Positions 1 through 9,966 are shown, counted from the first letter of the stretch. The stretch is DNA of 64,000 nucleotides from Nitrospinota bacterium (GCA_022562795.1 JADFOP010000001.1:20691-84690), one strand, 5' to 3'. Program-made: numbers and translations. The notes: generated by a model not told the origin, from the sequence alone.

Positions 1-171
1 CACGTACCCTACCGGGGGACTATTGACTGGGCGGCCTTCGCCCGTGCCGTCGAGGAATTGGAACTCGCCGCATGCCCGTTCACCCTGGAGCTTCGTCGCC
101 GCGGGCCCTACATGGACGACCTGAAATCCGCCCTTCTAACCGTGGAGCGGATGTTCCGGGGGCTTGGGTGA
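1..171 (+). CDS. 3' end of an upstream gene (partial; C-terminus ...MDDLKSALLTVERMFRGLG*); function unclear
   Basis: Open frame 1 from window edge to TGA at 169-171; overlaps GTG start of next gene by 4 nt (GTGA). Confidence 0.3.
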   Translation, partial: HVPYRGTIDWAAFARAVEELELAACPFTLELRRRGPYMDDLKSALLTVERMFRGLG

Positions 172-1199
172 GTTCCCTGGAAGCCCTCCGAACCCCCATT
201 TCCTCCCAGCTTGCGCTGATCGAGCGCCGGCCCGTGGAGGCCTTCGACCTGGAGAGTCTTCCGGGCGACGCTTCAGACCGCGACTACGTTCGGGTCCGCT
301 ACCGTATCGGGGGGGCGCCGAGAAGCTACATCATCATGGTCATGGCCGAGCCGTTTGACCCGGCCACTCACCCCTTCCTCGATGTGGCCTCGCACCTGGA
401 GTCGAGCGGCGTTCCGGTTCCCGCCATCATTGGCGCAAACCCGGCTTTGGGGCTCTTGGTTTTGGAAGATGTCGGAGATGAGACGCTGGAGGCCTTCGTA
501 GAGCGTCGGGGCCTTGAGGCGGCTCTCCCTCTCTACGACGAGGCCCTGGACCTGCTGGTGCAGATGCAGGTCTCGGCGACCGAGGGCTCTCCGGAGCGAT
601 GCGTTGCGCTACGGAGGGCCTTCGATGTGGAGCGCTACGTTTGGGAGCTGGAGTTCTTCGTCGAGTACATGATCGAGGGGCTTCGGGAGAGGGCCATCGA
701 GCCAGACCACCGCAGTGCCCTACAAGAGGAGTTCACCCGCTTGAGCCGCTTCTGCGTGGAGCAGCCCCAGGTCTTCGCCCACCGCGACTACCACAGCCGG
801 AACCTCATGGTGCAAGACGGTAGGTTGCGCGTGCTCGACTTCCAGGACGCTCGCCTGGGCTGTAGGGCCTATGATTTATCAAGCCTCCTTCGGGACTCCT
901 ACGTTACACTGCCCGAGGAGGTGTTCGAGGGGCTCTTCGCCTCCTACCTGGCCAGGTGGGCCGAGGCCTCGGGCCGGCCCGAAGACCCGGAGGCCTTCCG
1001 GGTGCTCTTCGATCACATGGCGCTCCAGCGCAACCTCAAGGCCGTGGGGACCTTCGCCTCCCAGTGGCGCCTATACGGGCGTGACTACCGACGCTACATC
1101 GCCCCGACGCTCGCCTACGTTCGGGCCAACCTGGCCAAGTACGACGACCTCGCCCGGCTCCGTGGCCTGTTGAGCGAGTATCTGGAAGAGGTTGCGTAG
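168..1199 (+). CDS. APH-fold phosphotransferase, AmgK/MurNAc-GlcNAc kinase-like
   Basis: HRDYHSRNLMV catalytic loop and VLDFQDA Mg-binding motif; N-lobe DASDRDYVRVRY...IIMVMAEPFDP...LLVLEDVGD resembles AmgK; ORF-track start (72) overlaps the upstream gene, GTG at 168 gives AmgK-like length (344 aa). Confidence 0.65.
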   Translation: MSSLEALRTPISSQLALIERRPVEAFDLESLPGDASDRDYVRVRYRIGGAPRSYIIMVMAEPFDPATHPFLDVASHLESSGVPVPAIIGANPALGLLVLEDVGDETLEAFVERRGLEAALPLYDEALDLLVQMQVSATEGSPERCVALRRAFDVERYVWELEFFVEYMIEGLRERAIEPDHRSALQEEFTRLSRFCVEQPQVFAHRDYHSRNLMVQDGRLRVLDFQDARLGCRAYDLSSLLRDSYVTLPEEVFEGLFASYLARWAEASGRPEDPEAFRVLFDHMALQRNLKAVGTFASQWRLYGRDYRRYIAPTLAYVRANLAKYDDLARLRGLLSEYLEEVA

Positions 1200-1350
1200 G
1201 AAGGACTATCATAAGGGCGCCTAGGAAGCCCCGGCCCGGCTCTTGAAAATTGGCCCTCGAGCTACAGACCCTAAATTGTACGCTGCCGGCGGCTAGGACG
1301 ACTTGCGTCGGGGGCGGCCGCCGGGATACTATCTGGCGTGGAGAGAGCTT

Positions 1351-4164
1351 ATGGCGCGCCAGCGAGCTCGAAGCCCCCGCCTCCGCCTGAGGCGGACCTC
1401 AGGCGGATCGGCAATCCTCATCGAGGGGGCCCGGACCCAAAATCTCAAGAACATCTCCTGCCGCATCCCCCACGGACGGCTTACCGTCATTACCGGAGTC
1501 TCTGGGGCGGGCAAATCGAGCCTCGCCTTCGATACCCTCTATGCCGAGGGCCAGCGACGCTACGTCGAGAGCCTCTCGACCTACGCCCGGCTCTTTCTGG
1601 AGCGGATGGAGAGGCCGGATGTCGACCGAATCGAGAACATCCCCCCGGCCATCCCCCTAAAGCAGAAAAACGCCGTCAAGGACGCCCGCTCCACCGTGGG
1701 GACCATTACGGAGATCAACGACTCCCTAAGGCTGCTTTATGCCAAGGTGGGGACTCTCGTCTGCCCCGAGTGCGAGGAGCCCGTCCGCCGGGAATCGCCT
1801 GAGTCGGCCGCCTCCATCGTGGACGACCGCTTCGGCCCGCGGGAACGGCTGGTCGTCGTAGCCCCGGTCCCTTCGGGCCGAAGCCGTCGCAGGACTCTCC
1901 AGGAGCTCGTCCGCCGGGGCTTCTACCGCCTCTGGCTGGACGGTCGGCTGGAGGACTGCACGGCGGGGCCACCGGAGGCCCTGCCGCCTAGGGGCCCGCT
2001 GCCGGTGGTGGTGGACCGCCTCGCCCTAGGCGAATGCTCCGACGGTCGGGTGCGTGAAGCTCTTGATGAGGCCTTTCGCCTGGGAGCCGGCCAGGCCTGG
2101 GTCGAGCCCATCAAAGGCGAGCGCCTCGTCATCTACCAGGGCCTTCGCTGCAACGGGTGTGCACGGGCCTTCGAGGAACCCGTCGCCCAGCTCTTCAGCT
2201 TCAACAGCCCTCTGGGGGCCTGCTCGGAGTGCGAGGGCTTCGGTCGGGTAATAATAATCGACCGCGACAAGGTCATCCCCGACCCCGCCCTCCCCCTGGA
2301 CGAGGGAGCCGTGGCTCCCTGGCGCACGCCGGGCTACGCCGAATGGCAGGAATGGATGCTGGAGTCCTGCGCGGAAAGGGGCATCCCGACCGATGTGCCG
2401 TACCGGAACCTTCCGGCACGCGACAGGCGAGCGCTTTGGCGGGGCTGGGAGGGCTTTCACGGGATAGAGGGTTTCTTCGACTGGATGGGGGGTCGCCGCT
2501 ACAGGGCCCACGTTAGAATTCAGCTCTCCAGGTACCGCGGTTACGTGGAGTGCCGCCGCTGTTGTGGGAGGCGACTCAAGGAAGAGGCCCAAGCAGTGCG
2601 CCTCGAGGGCCGCCCCATCACCGACATCTGGGCGATGAGTCTCTCGGATGCGGCTCGCTTCTTTGAGACCTTAAAGCTTGAGCCCGCCCAGGCCGAGGCG
2701 GCCCGTAACCTCCTTAGGGAGGTGCGCTCGCGCTTGAGCTACCTCCTTGCTGTGGGGCTCGACTACCTGACCCTGGGCCGCCAGGCTCGAACCCTGAGCG
2801 GTGGCGAGGCCCAGCGCATCCACCTGGCCTCGGCCCTGGGGAGCTCCTTGACCGATACACTCTACGTTTTAGACGAACCCACAATCGGGCTCCACGCCCG
2901 CGACAGCCGCAAGCTCCTCAGGGTTCTCACGCGCCTGACCCGAATGGGCAACACCGTGGTTGTGGTCGAGCACGACCCGACGATCATCGAGGGGGCCCAC
3001 CACGTCATCGACCTCGGCCCCGGCGGAGGGGCCCTCGGTGGGGAGGTCCTCTTCGAAGGAACTGTCGCGGGCCTCAGGCGGGCCTCTACCCGAACGGGCC
3101 GGCTGCTTCGCAAGCCCAAGCCGCTTCGCCTGGCTGTTGGAGAGCCGGACGGCGTAGGCCCGGCCATCACCCTCGTGGGCGCCCGGGAGAACAATCTGTG
3201 CGATCTGACCGTACGGGTGCCCCTCGGCCGGCTCGTCTGTGTGACGGGAGTATCAGGGGCGGGGAAATCGTCCCTCGTGGAGCAGGTCCTCTACAACGGG
3301 TATCTCCGTATGCGGGGGAAGACGGGGGTGGATGCCGGGAAGGTGGAGCGCATCGAGGGGCTGGAAAAGATCGAGGAGATGGTGCTCATGAGCCAGGCAC
3401 ACTCGGGCCGCTCCACCCGCAGCCTGCCGGTGACCTACTGCAAGGCCTGGGAAAAGATCCGCCGTCTCTTCGCCGCCACCCGTGAGGCCAGCCGGTTGGG
3501 CATCACGGGGAGCCACTTCTCGTTCAACACCGTCGCCGGACGCTGCTCGGCCTGCCGGGGGACCGGCACTGTGACGGTGGAGATGCACTTTATGGCCGAT
3601 CTCGTCCTACGATGCGAGGTCTGCGGCGGCAGGCGATTCAGGCCCGAAGTCCTGGAGGTTCGCTACAAGGGTCGGAACATTGACGAAGTTTTGGAGATGA
3701 CGGTGAGCGAGGCCCAGAGCTTCTTCGCCGAGAGCCCGGATGTCGTCGGCAAGCTCGCTTCCCTGGCGGCGGTGGGGCTGGGCTACCTGAGGCTGGGCCA
3801 GACGACGACGAGCCTCAGCGGGGGCGAGGCCCAGCGCCTGAAGCTGGCCTCCTATATGGAGCTGAAGGGGGCCCGAGGGGACCGGCTCTTCCTCTTCGAC
3901 GAGCCCACCACGGGGCTCCATCGCTTCGACATCCAGAAGCTCCTCGGGGCCATGGAGCGTCTATTGAAGCAGGGCAACAGCCTCGTCGTGGTGGAGCACA
4001 ACCTGGACTTCATCAGCCAGGCCCATCACATCATAGACTTAGGGCCGGGCGGTGGAGAGCAGGGTGGCCAGATCGTGGTCGAGGGCCCGCCGGAGGCCGT
4101 CATGCGGTCGAGGAGATCGGTGACAGGCCGATGGCTCCGCCGCCACCTTAAGAGGGGGGGCTAG
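1351..4164 (+). CDS. uvrA: excinuclease ABC subunit A (UvrA)
   Basis: Two ABC ATPase modules (GVSGAGKSSLAFDTLYAEGQRRYVESLSTYAR; LSGGEAQR signatures x2; Walker B DEPT), zinc-finger CxxC pairs, full-length ~935 aa architecture. Confidence 0.85.
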   Translation: MARQRARSPRLRLRRTSGGSAILIEGARTQNLKNISCRIPHGRLTVITGVSGAGKSSLAFDTLYAEGQRRYVESLSTYARLFLERMERPDVDRIENIPPAIPLKQKNAVKDARSTVGTITEINDSLRLLYAKVGTLVCPECEEPVRRESPESAASIVDDRFGPRERLVVVAPVPSGRSRRRTLQELVRRGFYRLWLDGRLEDCTAGPPEALPPRGPLPVVVDRLALGECSDGRVREALDEAFRLGAGQAWVEPIKGERLVIYQGLRCNGCARAFEEPVAQLFSFNSPLGACSECEGFGRVIIIDRDKVIPDPALPLDEGAVAPWRTPGYAEWQEWMLESCAERGIPTDVPYRNLPARDRRALWRGWEGFHGIEGFFDWMGGRRYRAHVRIQLSRYRGYVECRRCCGRRLKEEAQAVRLEGRPITDIWAMSLSDAARFFETLKLEPAQAEAARNLLREVRSRLSYLLAVGLDYLTLGRQARTLSGGEAQRIHLASALGSSLTDTLYVLDEPTIGLHARDSRKLLRVLTRLTRMGNTVVVVEHDPTIIEGAHHVIDLGPGGGALGGEVLFEGTVAGLRRASTRTGRLLRKPKPLRLAVGEPDGVGPAITLVGARENNLCDLTVRVPLGRLVCVTGVSGAGKSSLVEQVLYNGYLRMRGKTGVDAGKVERIEGLEKIEEMVLMSQAHSGRSTRSLPVTYCKAWEKIRRLFAATREASRLGITGSHFSFNTVAGRCSACRGTGTVTVEMHFMADLVLRCEVCGGRRFRPEVLEVRYKGRNIDEVLEMTVSEAQSFFAESPDVVGKLASLAAVGLGYLRLGQTTTSLSGGEAQRLKLASYMELKGARGDRLFLFDEPTTGLHRFDIQKLLGAMERLLKQGNSLVVVEHNLDFISQAHHIIDLGPGGGEQGGQIVVEGPPEAVMRSRRSVTGRWLRRHLKRGG

Positions 4165-4171
4165 CTTCGCT

Positions 4172-4648
4172 CTAATCCACGAGATCGATCACGGCCTCCA
4201 TGATGTCGCCGAGAGCGTCGTCGGGGTATATGGACATGGGGCTGTCGGCGCGGGTCAGGAAGATGGAGCCGTCTTGAACTGTGGCGCGGAAGGTGAGTGT
4301 GCGTGTCTCCTCAGGGGGGTCGCCCTTGGTGATGGTTGCGTCGATGTAGCCCTCCTTAAGCTCCACGTTGGCCTGAACCGCATCCACGGTGATGATGAAG
4401 CTCTCATCACTGGTGCGCTCATAGGACTTACTCCTGCCGACGAGCTTGCTCTCGATGGTGAAGGCGATCCCGGCAGCGTTTTGCTTAAGGAGGTTGAAGA
4501 TGTCGTTGAAGGCCATCTGGGAAAAGTGCTTCTTGACGAAGGTATCGCCGGCGGCTAGCTCGGCTTCCCTCTGCTCCTGGGGCATGGTGTAGAGCTTCTT
4601 ATCAAGAATCTGCTTGAGCCGGTCGAGAAATTTCTCACTCATGGGCAA
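4172..4648 (-). CDS. hypothetical protein (lower-GC islet)
   Basis: 158-aa ORF with a clean stop, no recognisable motif; GC lower than flanks. Confidence 0.45.
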   Translation of the reverse strand: MPMSEKFLDRLKQILDKKLYTMPQEQREAELAAGDTFVKKHFSQMAFNDIFNLLKQNAAGIAFTIESKLVGRSKSYERTSDESFIITVDAVQANVELKEGYIDATITKGDPPEETRTLTFRATVQDGSIFLTRADSPMSIYPDDALGDIMEAVIDLVD

Positions 4649-4797
4649 TGTATCTTTTTAAGTGGACGAGAAGTGGGCGATGGCGCCCTTATACCACAAA
4701 AAGGACGCCAGGCGAAGGAAATCTTGGGACTCTTACCTCTCTTCTCGTCGGTTGACGGGGCATCGTCGGCGAGCCACCTTTCAAGCAGGAGGTTTCA

Positions 4798-5124
4798 ATG
4801 AGCCACGTTGAATACGATCTTCCAGAGACACTGCTTTCCATAGTTAGGGCCAACGGGGATTACAGTATCTTCCTGCTGGAGGGCGAGAGCCTCATCGTCT
4901 TTCCCGCCTGACCGGCTGGCGAGTGGAACATCGGCGAGTCTCGCCGATCGGCCCGGCACCGGCGGCTCACCGAGCAAGAGCTGGCCCACTACATGGCTCT
5001 TCTCGCCCCTGACCTATCCCCCGAAATTGCAGCCCACAACCTCTGGCGGAGCGTGGATGGTCTTGGCGAAGAGGGGTCGCGCAAAAAGGAGCGGGCCATC
5101 GCGCGCGCCATTCTCTCTTCGTAG
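4798..5124 (+). pseudogene. ORF interrupted by in-frame TGA (pseudogene or recoded small gene)
   Basis: ATG at 4798 reads 37 codons to TGA (4909-4911), then the same frame continues 70 codons to TAG at 5122-5124. Confidence 0.2.
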
Positions 5125-5280
5125 GCAGGAAGCCCTCTCTCCAAGCGTCAAAATATTGACACAGGGGAAGATAAGCTAGAATGGAGGGGTTGGGTTCTCA
5201 GTGACGGTAACGTAGGAGGGAAATGTTTTAGTGAGCGAAGCGAACAGCACACACATGCACTTTTCTTACACTTGGACATT

Positions 5281-6222
5281 TCACTCACGCAAAGACTGAA
5301 TATGGGGTTTTATAGCTTTTGAGAAGCGTTCCATAGTATCAATCATCGCATCCTGAATAGACACCCAACTGGTTTCGTCGTCTTTCAGGCCACCCTTTAG
5401 AATGAATGCCCGAATTCGCGAAGCACGCCTCTCGTCAAGGCGTTCCCAAAGGAGGGGACTACCAAAGTCTGCTTCTATCTCTTCCTTCTTAGAATGAAAG
5501 CGGTCAAAGATGCGTTTGTTCTGGTCGTTATCTCCCGTATCAATGTATAATTCGACAGCCGTCTTTTCCTTGAGCCAAACCCCATAGATAAAACTTAACC
5601 CGGCCTTGCCCGCCCCAGCGCTAATCCAATTGCCCGTACCCGGAGAAATGCTGGCATGAAGCGTAACACCCTTTTCTATTGCCCGGTCCAGGAGTTGTTT
5701 CCAAAATTGCTTGCGAAGTTTATGCCTTTCTGCGAGTTCCTTCTTATCTCCCCCTATTTCCTTTGCCTCTTCACTGGGAGCGACGATGACTGTGAAGAAA
5801 GGCGCTGGGAGGGAATCGCCAATACTATAAGCCGCCAAACGGACGAGGTAAAAAGCAATGTCTACTGGGGTCGCCTCGTTGAGCCATGCAACAGACCTAA
5901 TGTGCTCAGGACGTGGTTCACTCGTTATCCAGATGGCGGTCTTCGCTTCAAGGTTAGTAAGATAGGTCAGCACCTTTCCGAGATGGTCGTGATCTGTTCT
6001 TTCGAGTTGGTTCTCTATAATAACGAGATTTCCGTCACCATCCTCGGCGACGAGATCAACCTGAAACGGTCCAGCTTTCTTTCCTCGCTGCACTGCGGTG
6101 AGGGATATGTCCAGAACATCTTCTAGTGCATCAATATTGTTCTCTAGCCAAGCAGAAAAGTCGCGCTCCTCGTGCTTCCATAATTCACGTAGTTGAATAC
6201 TTTCGAGTTTGCCTATAGACAT
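5281..6222 (-). CDS. PD-(D/E)xK (NucS-like) endonuclease-fold domain + DUF4268 protein
   Basis: N-terminal VDLVAEDGDGNLVIIENQLERTD (D...E-x-Q/K nuclease-fold core); C-terminal W...ELYIDTGDNDQNKRIFD typical of DUF4268; low GC. Confidence 0.55.
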   Translation of the reverse strand: MSIGKLESIQLRELWKHEERDFSAWLENNIDALEDVLDISLTAVQRGKKAGPFQVDLVAEDGDGNLVIIENQLERTDHDHLGKVLTYLTNLEAKTAIWITSEPRPEHIRSVAWLNEATPVDIAFYLVRLAAYSIGDSLPAPFFTVIVAPSEEAKEIGGDKKELAERHKLRKQFWKQLLDRAIEKGVTLHASISPGTGNWISAGAGKAGLSFIYGVWLKEKTAVELYIDTGDNDQNKRIFDRFHSKKEEIEADFGSPLLWERLDERRASRIRAFILKGGLKDDETSWVSIQDAMIDTMERFSKAIKPHIQSLRE

Positions 6223-6414
6223 GACGGTTTACCCTTTACGAAGTCAAATAAATTATAACATATTGGTGTTAAAAACCCTGTGTTTCAATAACTGAACATC
6301 AGTTTGCATAATGCAGAATCTCGCATCAAGCTAAACCATATCGGAAGCACCTCGGCGTGCAGGGCTGAGGAAGGCCGATTTTTCTCTCGATGCCGCTGGA
6401 GGTTTTCGGCTGCC

Positions 6415-7029
6415 TCAGAAGGCGCTCGAGGTGGTGATTATGTAGTAGAAGAACATGAGGAAGGCCGGCAGGGCCGAGAAGGTGGCGAAGTCCAGGTCGC
6501 TGAAGCGCACCTGCTCACCCAGGTCGAGCTCCACCTGTGTGGAGGTCGGCTCGGCTCCCTCTTTCGCAGAGGCCACGGTCACCTCAAGGCTCTTCAAAGA
6601 CTCCTGGTCGGTCTCGGGCAGCTTGAAGGTATAGACCTTGAAGCCCTGCTCCTTCAGAACCTTCCCTGGGGCCGCCTTGACGTAAGCCACGGGGTAGGAG
6701 GAGCCATTGAGGTGCTTAAGAGCCGCCTGGCTCACCGTAGCGGGGCTCTCCCCACGGTGGGCCCGCATCGTGACTTTCACGATGGTGGTATCGTCCTCAA
6801 AGGGATGGCTCTCAATGGTCGCGTCGAGGACGGTCAGCTTCGCGCCGTCAACCTGGACCTCCACCGGCTCGAAGGGGGGCCGCTCGTAGTTGACCCACTC
6901 GTGCATTTGAGATGTCATTTCATTGGCCGGGTCGGTTGCAGAGGCCCCCGCGGCCGGATCGGTTGCAGATGCCCCCGCTGGAGCAAGGGTCAGGAGTACG
7001 AATGCCGCGATGGACGCGAGCGTGCGCAT
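6415..7029 (-). CDS. secreted protein with C-terminal hydrophobic anchor (hypothetical)
   Basis: Signal peptide MRTLASIAAFVLLTLAPAGASA; duplicated ATDPAAGASATDPA; C-terminal PAFLMFFYYIITTSSAF hydrophobic tail. Confidence 0.5.
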   Translation of the reverse strand: MRTLASIAAFVLLTLAPAGASATDPAAGASATDPANEMTSQMHEWVNYERPPFEPVEVQVDGAKLTVLDATIESHPFEDDTTIVKVTMRAHRGESPATVSQAALKHLNGSSYPVAYVKAAPGKVLKEQGFKVYTFKLPETDQESLKSLEVTVASAKEGAEPTSTQVELDLGEQVRFSDLDFATFSALPAFLMFFYYIITTSSAF

Positions 7030-7135
7030 GGTGGCCCTCCTTTCGCGTTTTTCCTGGTGAGATGACAGATTCACTGTCTACGTAAAAAGATACGTCCCAA
7101 CGGGGTGGTTTGCAAGGAGAGAGGCTTAGGGGGCT

Positions 7136-8143
7136 TTACACTTCTACGGGAGCGGAGGGCAGCAGGGCTCTAATAGCTGGGTGGGTCAGGTAGGGCCCGA
7201 AAGCCGACTCGCCGCCGATGGCGTCCCTCCGAGAGGGTTGCAGGCGGCAGGCCCGCTCGAGCGCCTCGGCCACCTCGATAGCTCCCGCCTCTGGGTCGGC
7301 GGCACGGCACAATGCCGCCAGCCACCAGGCTTCGGCGTCCCGTCCGTGAGTTGCGAGGTGGGGAGCGAGGATCGCCTCGGCCTCGGCTGGACGGCCAATC
7401 CTAACCAGGGCCACGGCGGCGTTTTTTAAGGCATCACCGTTGGTCCCATCGGAGGCCAGCACCTGCCGGAAGACCTCTAGGGCCTCTGCGTGACGGCCCA
7501 GCCGCCCTAGGGCCGCCCCCAGGTTCACCCTGGCGACGACCGAGGTCGGTCTCAGGATGGCAGCCCTGCGGTAAGTCTCGACGGCCGTCTCGAGCCGTCC
7601 CTCCTCGAAAGCGGAGTTAGCCTCGGCGAGCCACTGGTAGAACGTGTCGAGGCGGGCCTGGGTGGGATCGAAAAGCCGCGCCAGCCGCCGGATAATCCAC
7701 CCCTGGGGCTCCTCTCCAACGAGGGCGGCCTGCCCGTGTTTCTGCCAGAGGGACCAGCGCCACCGAAACAAGCGCCGCTGGATGGTTCCATCCCGGTAGA
7801 TGGCCAGGAGCATGATGAGCCCGGAGATGAACAACCCTAAGAGGTAGTGGAGGACCATCGTCCCCCAGCTGAGCTCTTCGTTGTAGGTGAGGGTTTCGGG
7901 CGTGGGTTGGGGTGGCGGAGGCGGCTGGAGGGGGCTAAAGAAGGCGTCCGCCACAAAGACGATGATGACCATCACGGCCAGGGCGGAGTAAACGAAACGG
8001 ATGAAGCCCCGATCGCCGGTCATCACAACCCCGAAAACGCCGTGGTAGCCAGCGTAGCCCCTGCGGGGATAGGTCATGGGAGCTCCCTTCTGCCTTGGCC
8101 GTGTGGACGCCTCCATCATAGTGGTCCGATGGACGAAAGGCAA
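7136..8143 (-). CDS. membrane-anchored TPR-repeat protein
   Basis: Two N-terminal TM helices, poly-Pro linker, C-terminal TPR-like Ala/Leu repeats (AEALEVFRQVLASDG...); start may be the internal MTYPRR. Confidence 0.5.
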   Translation of the reverse strand: MPFVHRTTMMEASTRPRQKGAPMTYPRRGYAGYHGVFGVVMTGDRGFIRFVYSALAVMVIIVFVADAFFSPLQPPPPPQPTPETLTYNEELSWGTMVLHYLLGLFISGLIMLLAIYRDGTIQRRLFRWRWSLWQKHGQAALVGEEPQGWIIRRLARLFDPTQARLDTFYQWLAEANSAFEEGRLETAVETYRRAAILRPTSVVARVNLGAALGRLGRHAEALEVFRQVLASDGTNGDALKNAAVALVRIGRPAEAEAILAPHLATHGRDAEAWWLAALCRAADPEAGAIEVAEALERACRLQPSRRDAIGGESAFGPYLTHPAIRALLPSAPVEV

Positions 8144-8238
8144 GGTCGGCTATTGGTCGCTCCAGGCAAAACCCCTTGACCTGCCCGGACGAGTGGGGTA
8201 GGCTTTGGCCCGTTGGCGCGGTAGCCTTACGCCCGTGC

Positions 8239-8311
8239 CACGGGGGAGGCCGGGGTAGCTCAGTCGGTAGAGCAGGGGACTGAAAATCCCCGTGTCGGCG
8301 GTTCGATTCCG
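8239..8311 (+). tRNA. tRNA-Phe (anticodon GAA)
   Basis: 73-nt cloverleaf: acceptor GCCGGGG/CCCCGGC, D-arm TAGCTCAGTCGGTAGAGCA, anticodon stem GGGGA/TCCCC with loop CTGAAAA, T-arm GGCGGTTCGATTCCGTC. Confidence 0.9.
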
Positions 8312-8449
8312 TCCCCCGGCACCTCGCTTATTTCCGGGATTACCTCTTGGGCAAAAATATTTTTGAAGCGGCGTCTCCGTCTAGCGGCGACCCGCCCCTG
8401 CCTCCGGCAATGGTTAACCCCATGAGGCATTTGTTTAAGTTAACATCGA

Positions 8450-9550
8450 ATGAGTTCCAGCATGGTGAAGAATAAACCCATCACTTACGAAGACGCAGGG
8501 GTCACAAGCGCTGATGCCTTGGCTCTTCTCCTGAAATCCCTCGATAAAGTCAGCGGATTGGGAGCGCCGCAGCGGTTGGATATAGGAACCTTCGCCAATG
8601 TTGTGGAGATCGGCCCGAATCTTGGGGTCGCGCTTGCCACCGACGGCGTTGGAACGAAAATCCTGATAGCGCAAATGATGGATAAATACGATACCATCGG
8701 GATCGACTGTGTCGCCATGAATGTCAACGACCTACTCTGTGTAGGCGCAACGCCTATCACCATGGTCGATTACCTGGCCGTTCAGGTTCCCCATGAAAGG
8801 CTATTGGAGGAGATAGGAATTGGTTTGGCCGAGGGCGCCAGACAAGCGAACATCAATATCTGCGGCGGCGAATTGGCGCAAATCAAGCCCATGATTGACG
8901 GTGTGAGGCCTGATTGGGGCTTCGACCTCGTTGGGACGGCTATTGGCCTCGTAAAGCTTGACGAAATAATCGCGGGCCATGCCATCCAAGATGGTGACAT
9001 TGTCCTCGGGATATCGAGCAACGGCTTACACTGCAACGGGTACTCGCTGGCCAGAAAGGTATTGCTCGAACGGCGGGGCTTGAAAGTAGACTCGTATGTT
9101 CCTGAATTGGGCGTCTCCCTTGGAGAGGAATTGTTGAAGGAGACGTTCATCTACGTGAGCGAAGTGGTCGAGGTTCTCCAATCGGATATACCCGTCAAAG
9201 GGCTCGCACATATTACAGGCGATGGATTCGGAAATCTTTCACGGTCAGCGACATCTATGGGGTTCGTTATTGATAATCTACCGGAAGAGCAGACCCACCC
9301 AATATTCCATGTAATCCGAGAAAGCGGCCCTGTGGAGCTTCATGAAATGTTTCAGGTCTTCAATATGGGTATTGGGTTTTGCGTCATCGTCTCTAAAGAT
9401 GACGTGTCTCGGGCTAAAACGATCCTCGCCATGTCAGGCCGTAATATCTCAGAGATCGGATACGTTGATAGCTCCTTATCCAAGGAAGTGAAAATAGAGC
9501 CCTTCGAAATAAAGTGGGATCATTCAAGCAAACGATTCTCCCCATTTTGA
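8450..9550 (+). CDS. purM: AIR synthase (PurM)-like protein
   Basis: YEDAGV...ATDGVGTKILIA...DTIGIDCVAMNVNDL...GLAHITGDGFGNL...FNMGIGFCVIV match PurM-superfamily N- and C-domains; lower GC than flanks. Confidence 0.65.
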   Translation: MSSSMVKNKPITYEDAGVTSADALALLLKSLDKVSGLGAPQRLDIGTFANVVEIGPNLGVALATDGVGTKILIAQMMDKYDTIGIDCVAMNVNDLLCVGATPITMVDYLAVQVPHERLLEEIGIGLAEGARQANINICGGELAQIKPMIDGVRPDWGFDLVGTAIGLVKLDEIIAGHAIQDGDIVLGISSNGLHCNGYSLARKVLLERRGLKVDSYVPELGVSLGEELLKETFIYVSEVVEVLQSDIPVKGLAHITGDGFGNLSRSATSMGFVIDNLPEEQTHPIFHVIRESGPVELHEMFQVFNMGIGFCVIVSKDDVSRAKTILAMSGRNISEIGYVDSSLSKEVKIEPFEIKWDHSSKRFSPF

Positions 9551-9603
9551 CACGTAGGATGAAACCATAGTAGCAGTAGGAACGAGGGTCGGTAGCGACT
9601 ATA

Positions 9604-9966
9604 ATGGTCGCCGATATGCCGAAGCCCCTTGGTCGCTGGTTGGTCGTTGCCCTCTACTGTGGGCTCATATTCTATCTCTCCTCCCTCCCTTCGGAGGAAC
9701 TTCCACTCCCTCCCCTATTTTGGTGGTCGGACAAGGTGCTTCACGCCCTGGAGTACGCCGTCTTGAGTTTCTTGCTCGGACGGGCGTTGGGAATTGAAGG
9801 AAGGAAGGGAGTGCTCATCGCAGTCGTCATAGCGTCCCTCTACGGACTCACCGACGAGTTTCATCAATCGTTCGTCCCCGGCCGCGACGCGACCGCAGGG
9901 GATTGGCTCGCCGATACTGTGGGGGCTGCGCTGGTTCACTGGCGGGGGGCCTGGAGGCGGGATTGA
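9604..9966 (+). CDS. VanZ-like family membrane protein
   Basis: KVLHALEYAVLSFLL...DEFHQSFVPGRDATAGDWLADTVGAALV typical VanZ core; 3 TM helices. Confidence 0.6.
   Translation: MVADMPKPLGRWLVVALYCGLIFYLSSLPSEELPLPPLFWWSDKVLHALEYAVLSFLLGRALGIEGRKGVLIAVVIASLYGLTDEFHQSFVPGRDATAGDWLADTVGAALVHWRGAWRRD

Noticed and set aside
72-167. N-terminal 32 codons of the kinase ORF as given by the ORF track
   Set aside because: They overlap the upstream gene's 3' end (stop at 169-171); GTG at 168 gives an AmgK-length protein with a GTGA stop/start overlap.
6304-7065. 253-aa plus-strand ORF antisense to the secreted-protein gene
   Set aside because: High-GC frame shadow; the minus-strand product has a convincing signal peptide whereas the plus-strand product is Arg/Gly-rich low-complexity.
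8239-9600. Integrative element at tRNA-Phe
   Set aside because: No integrase/recombinase gene and no direct repeat of the tRNA 3' end were found; only a compositional anomaly is reported.
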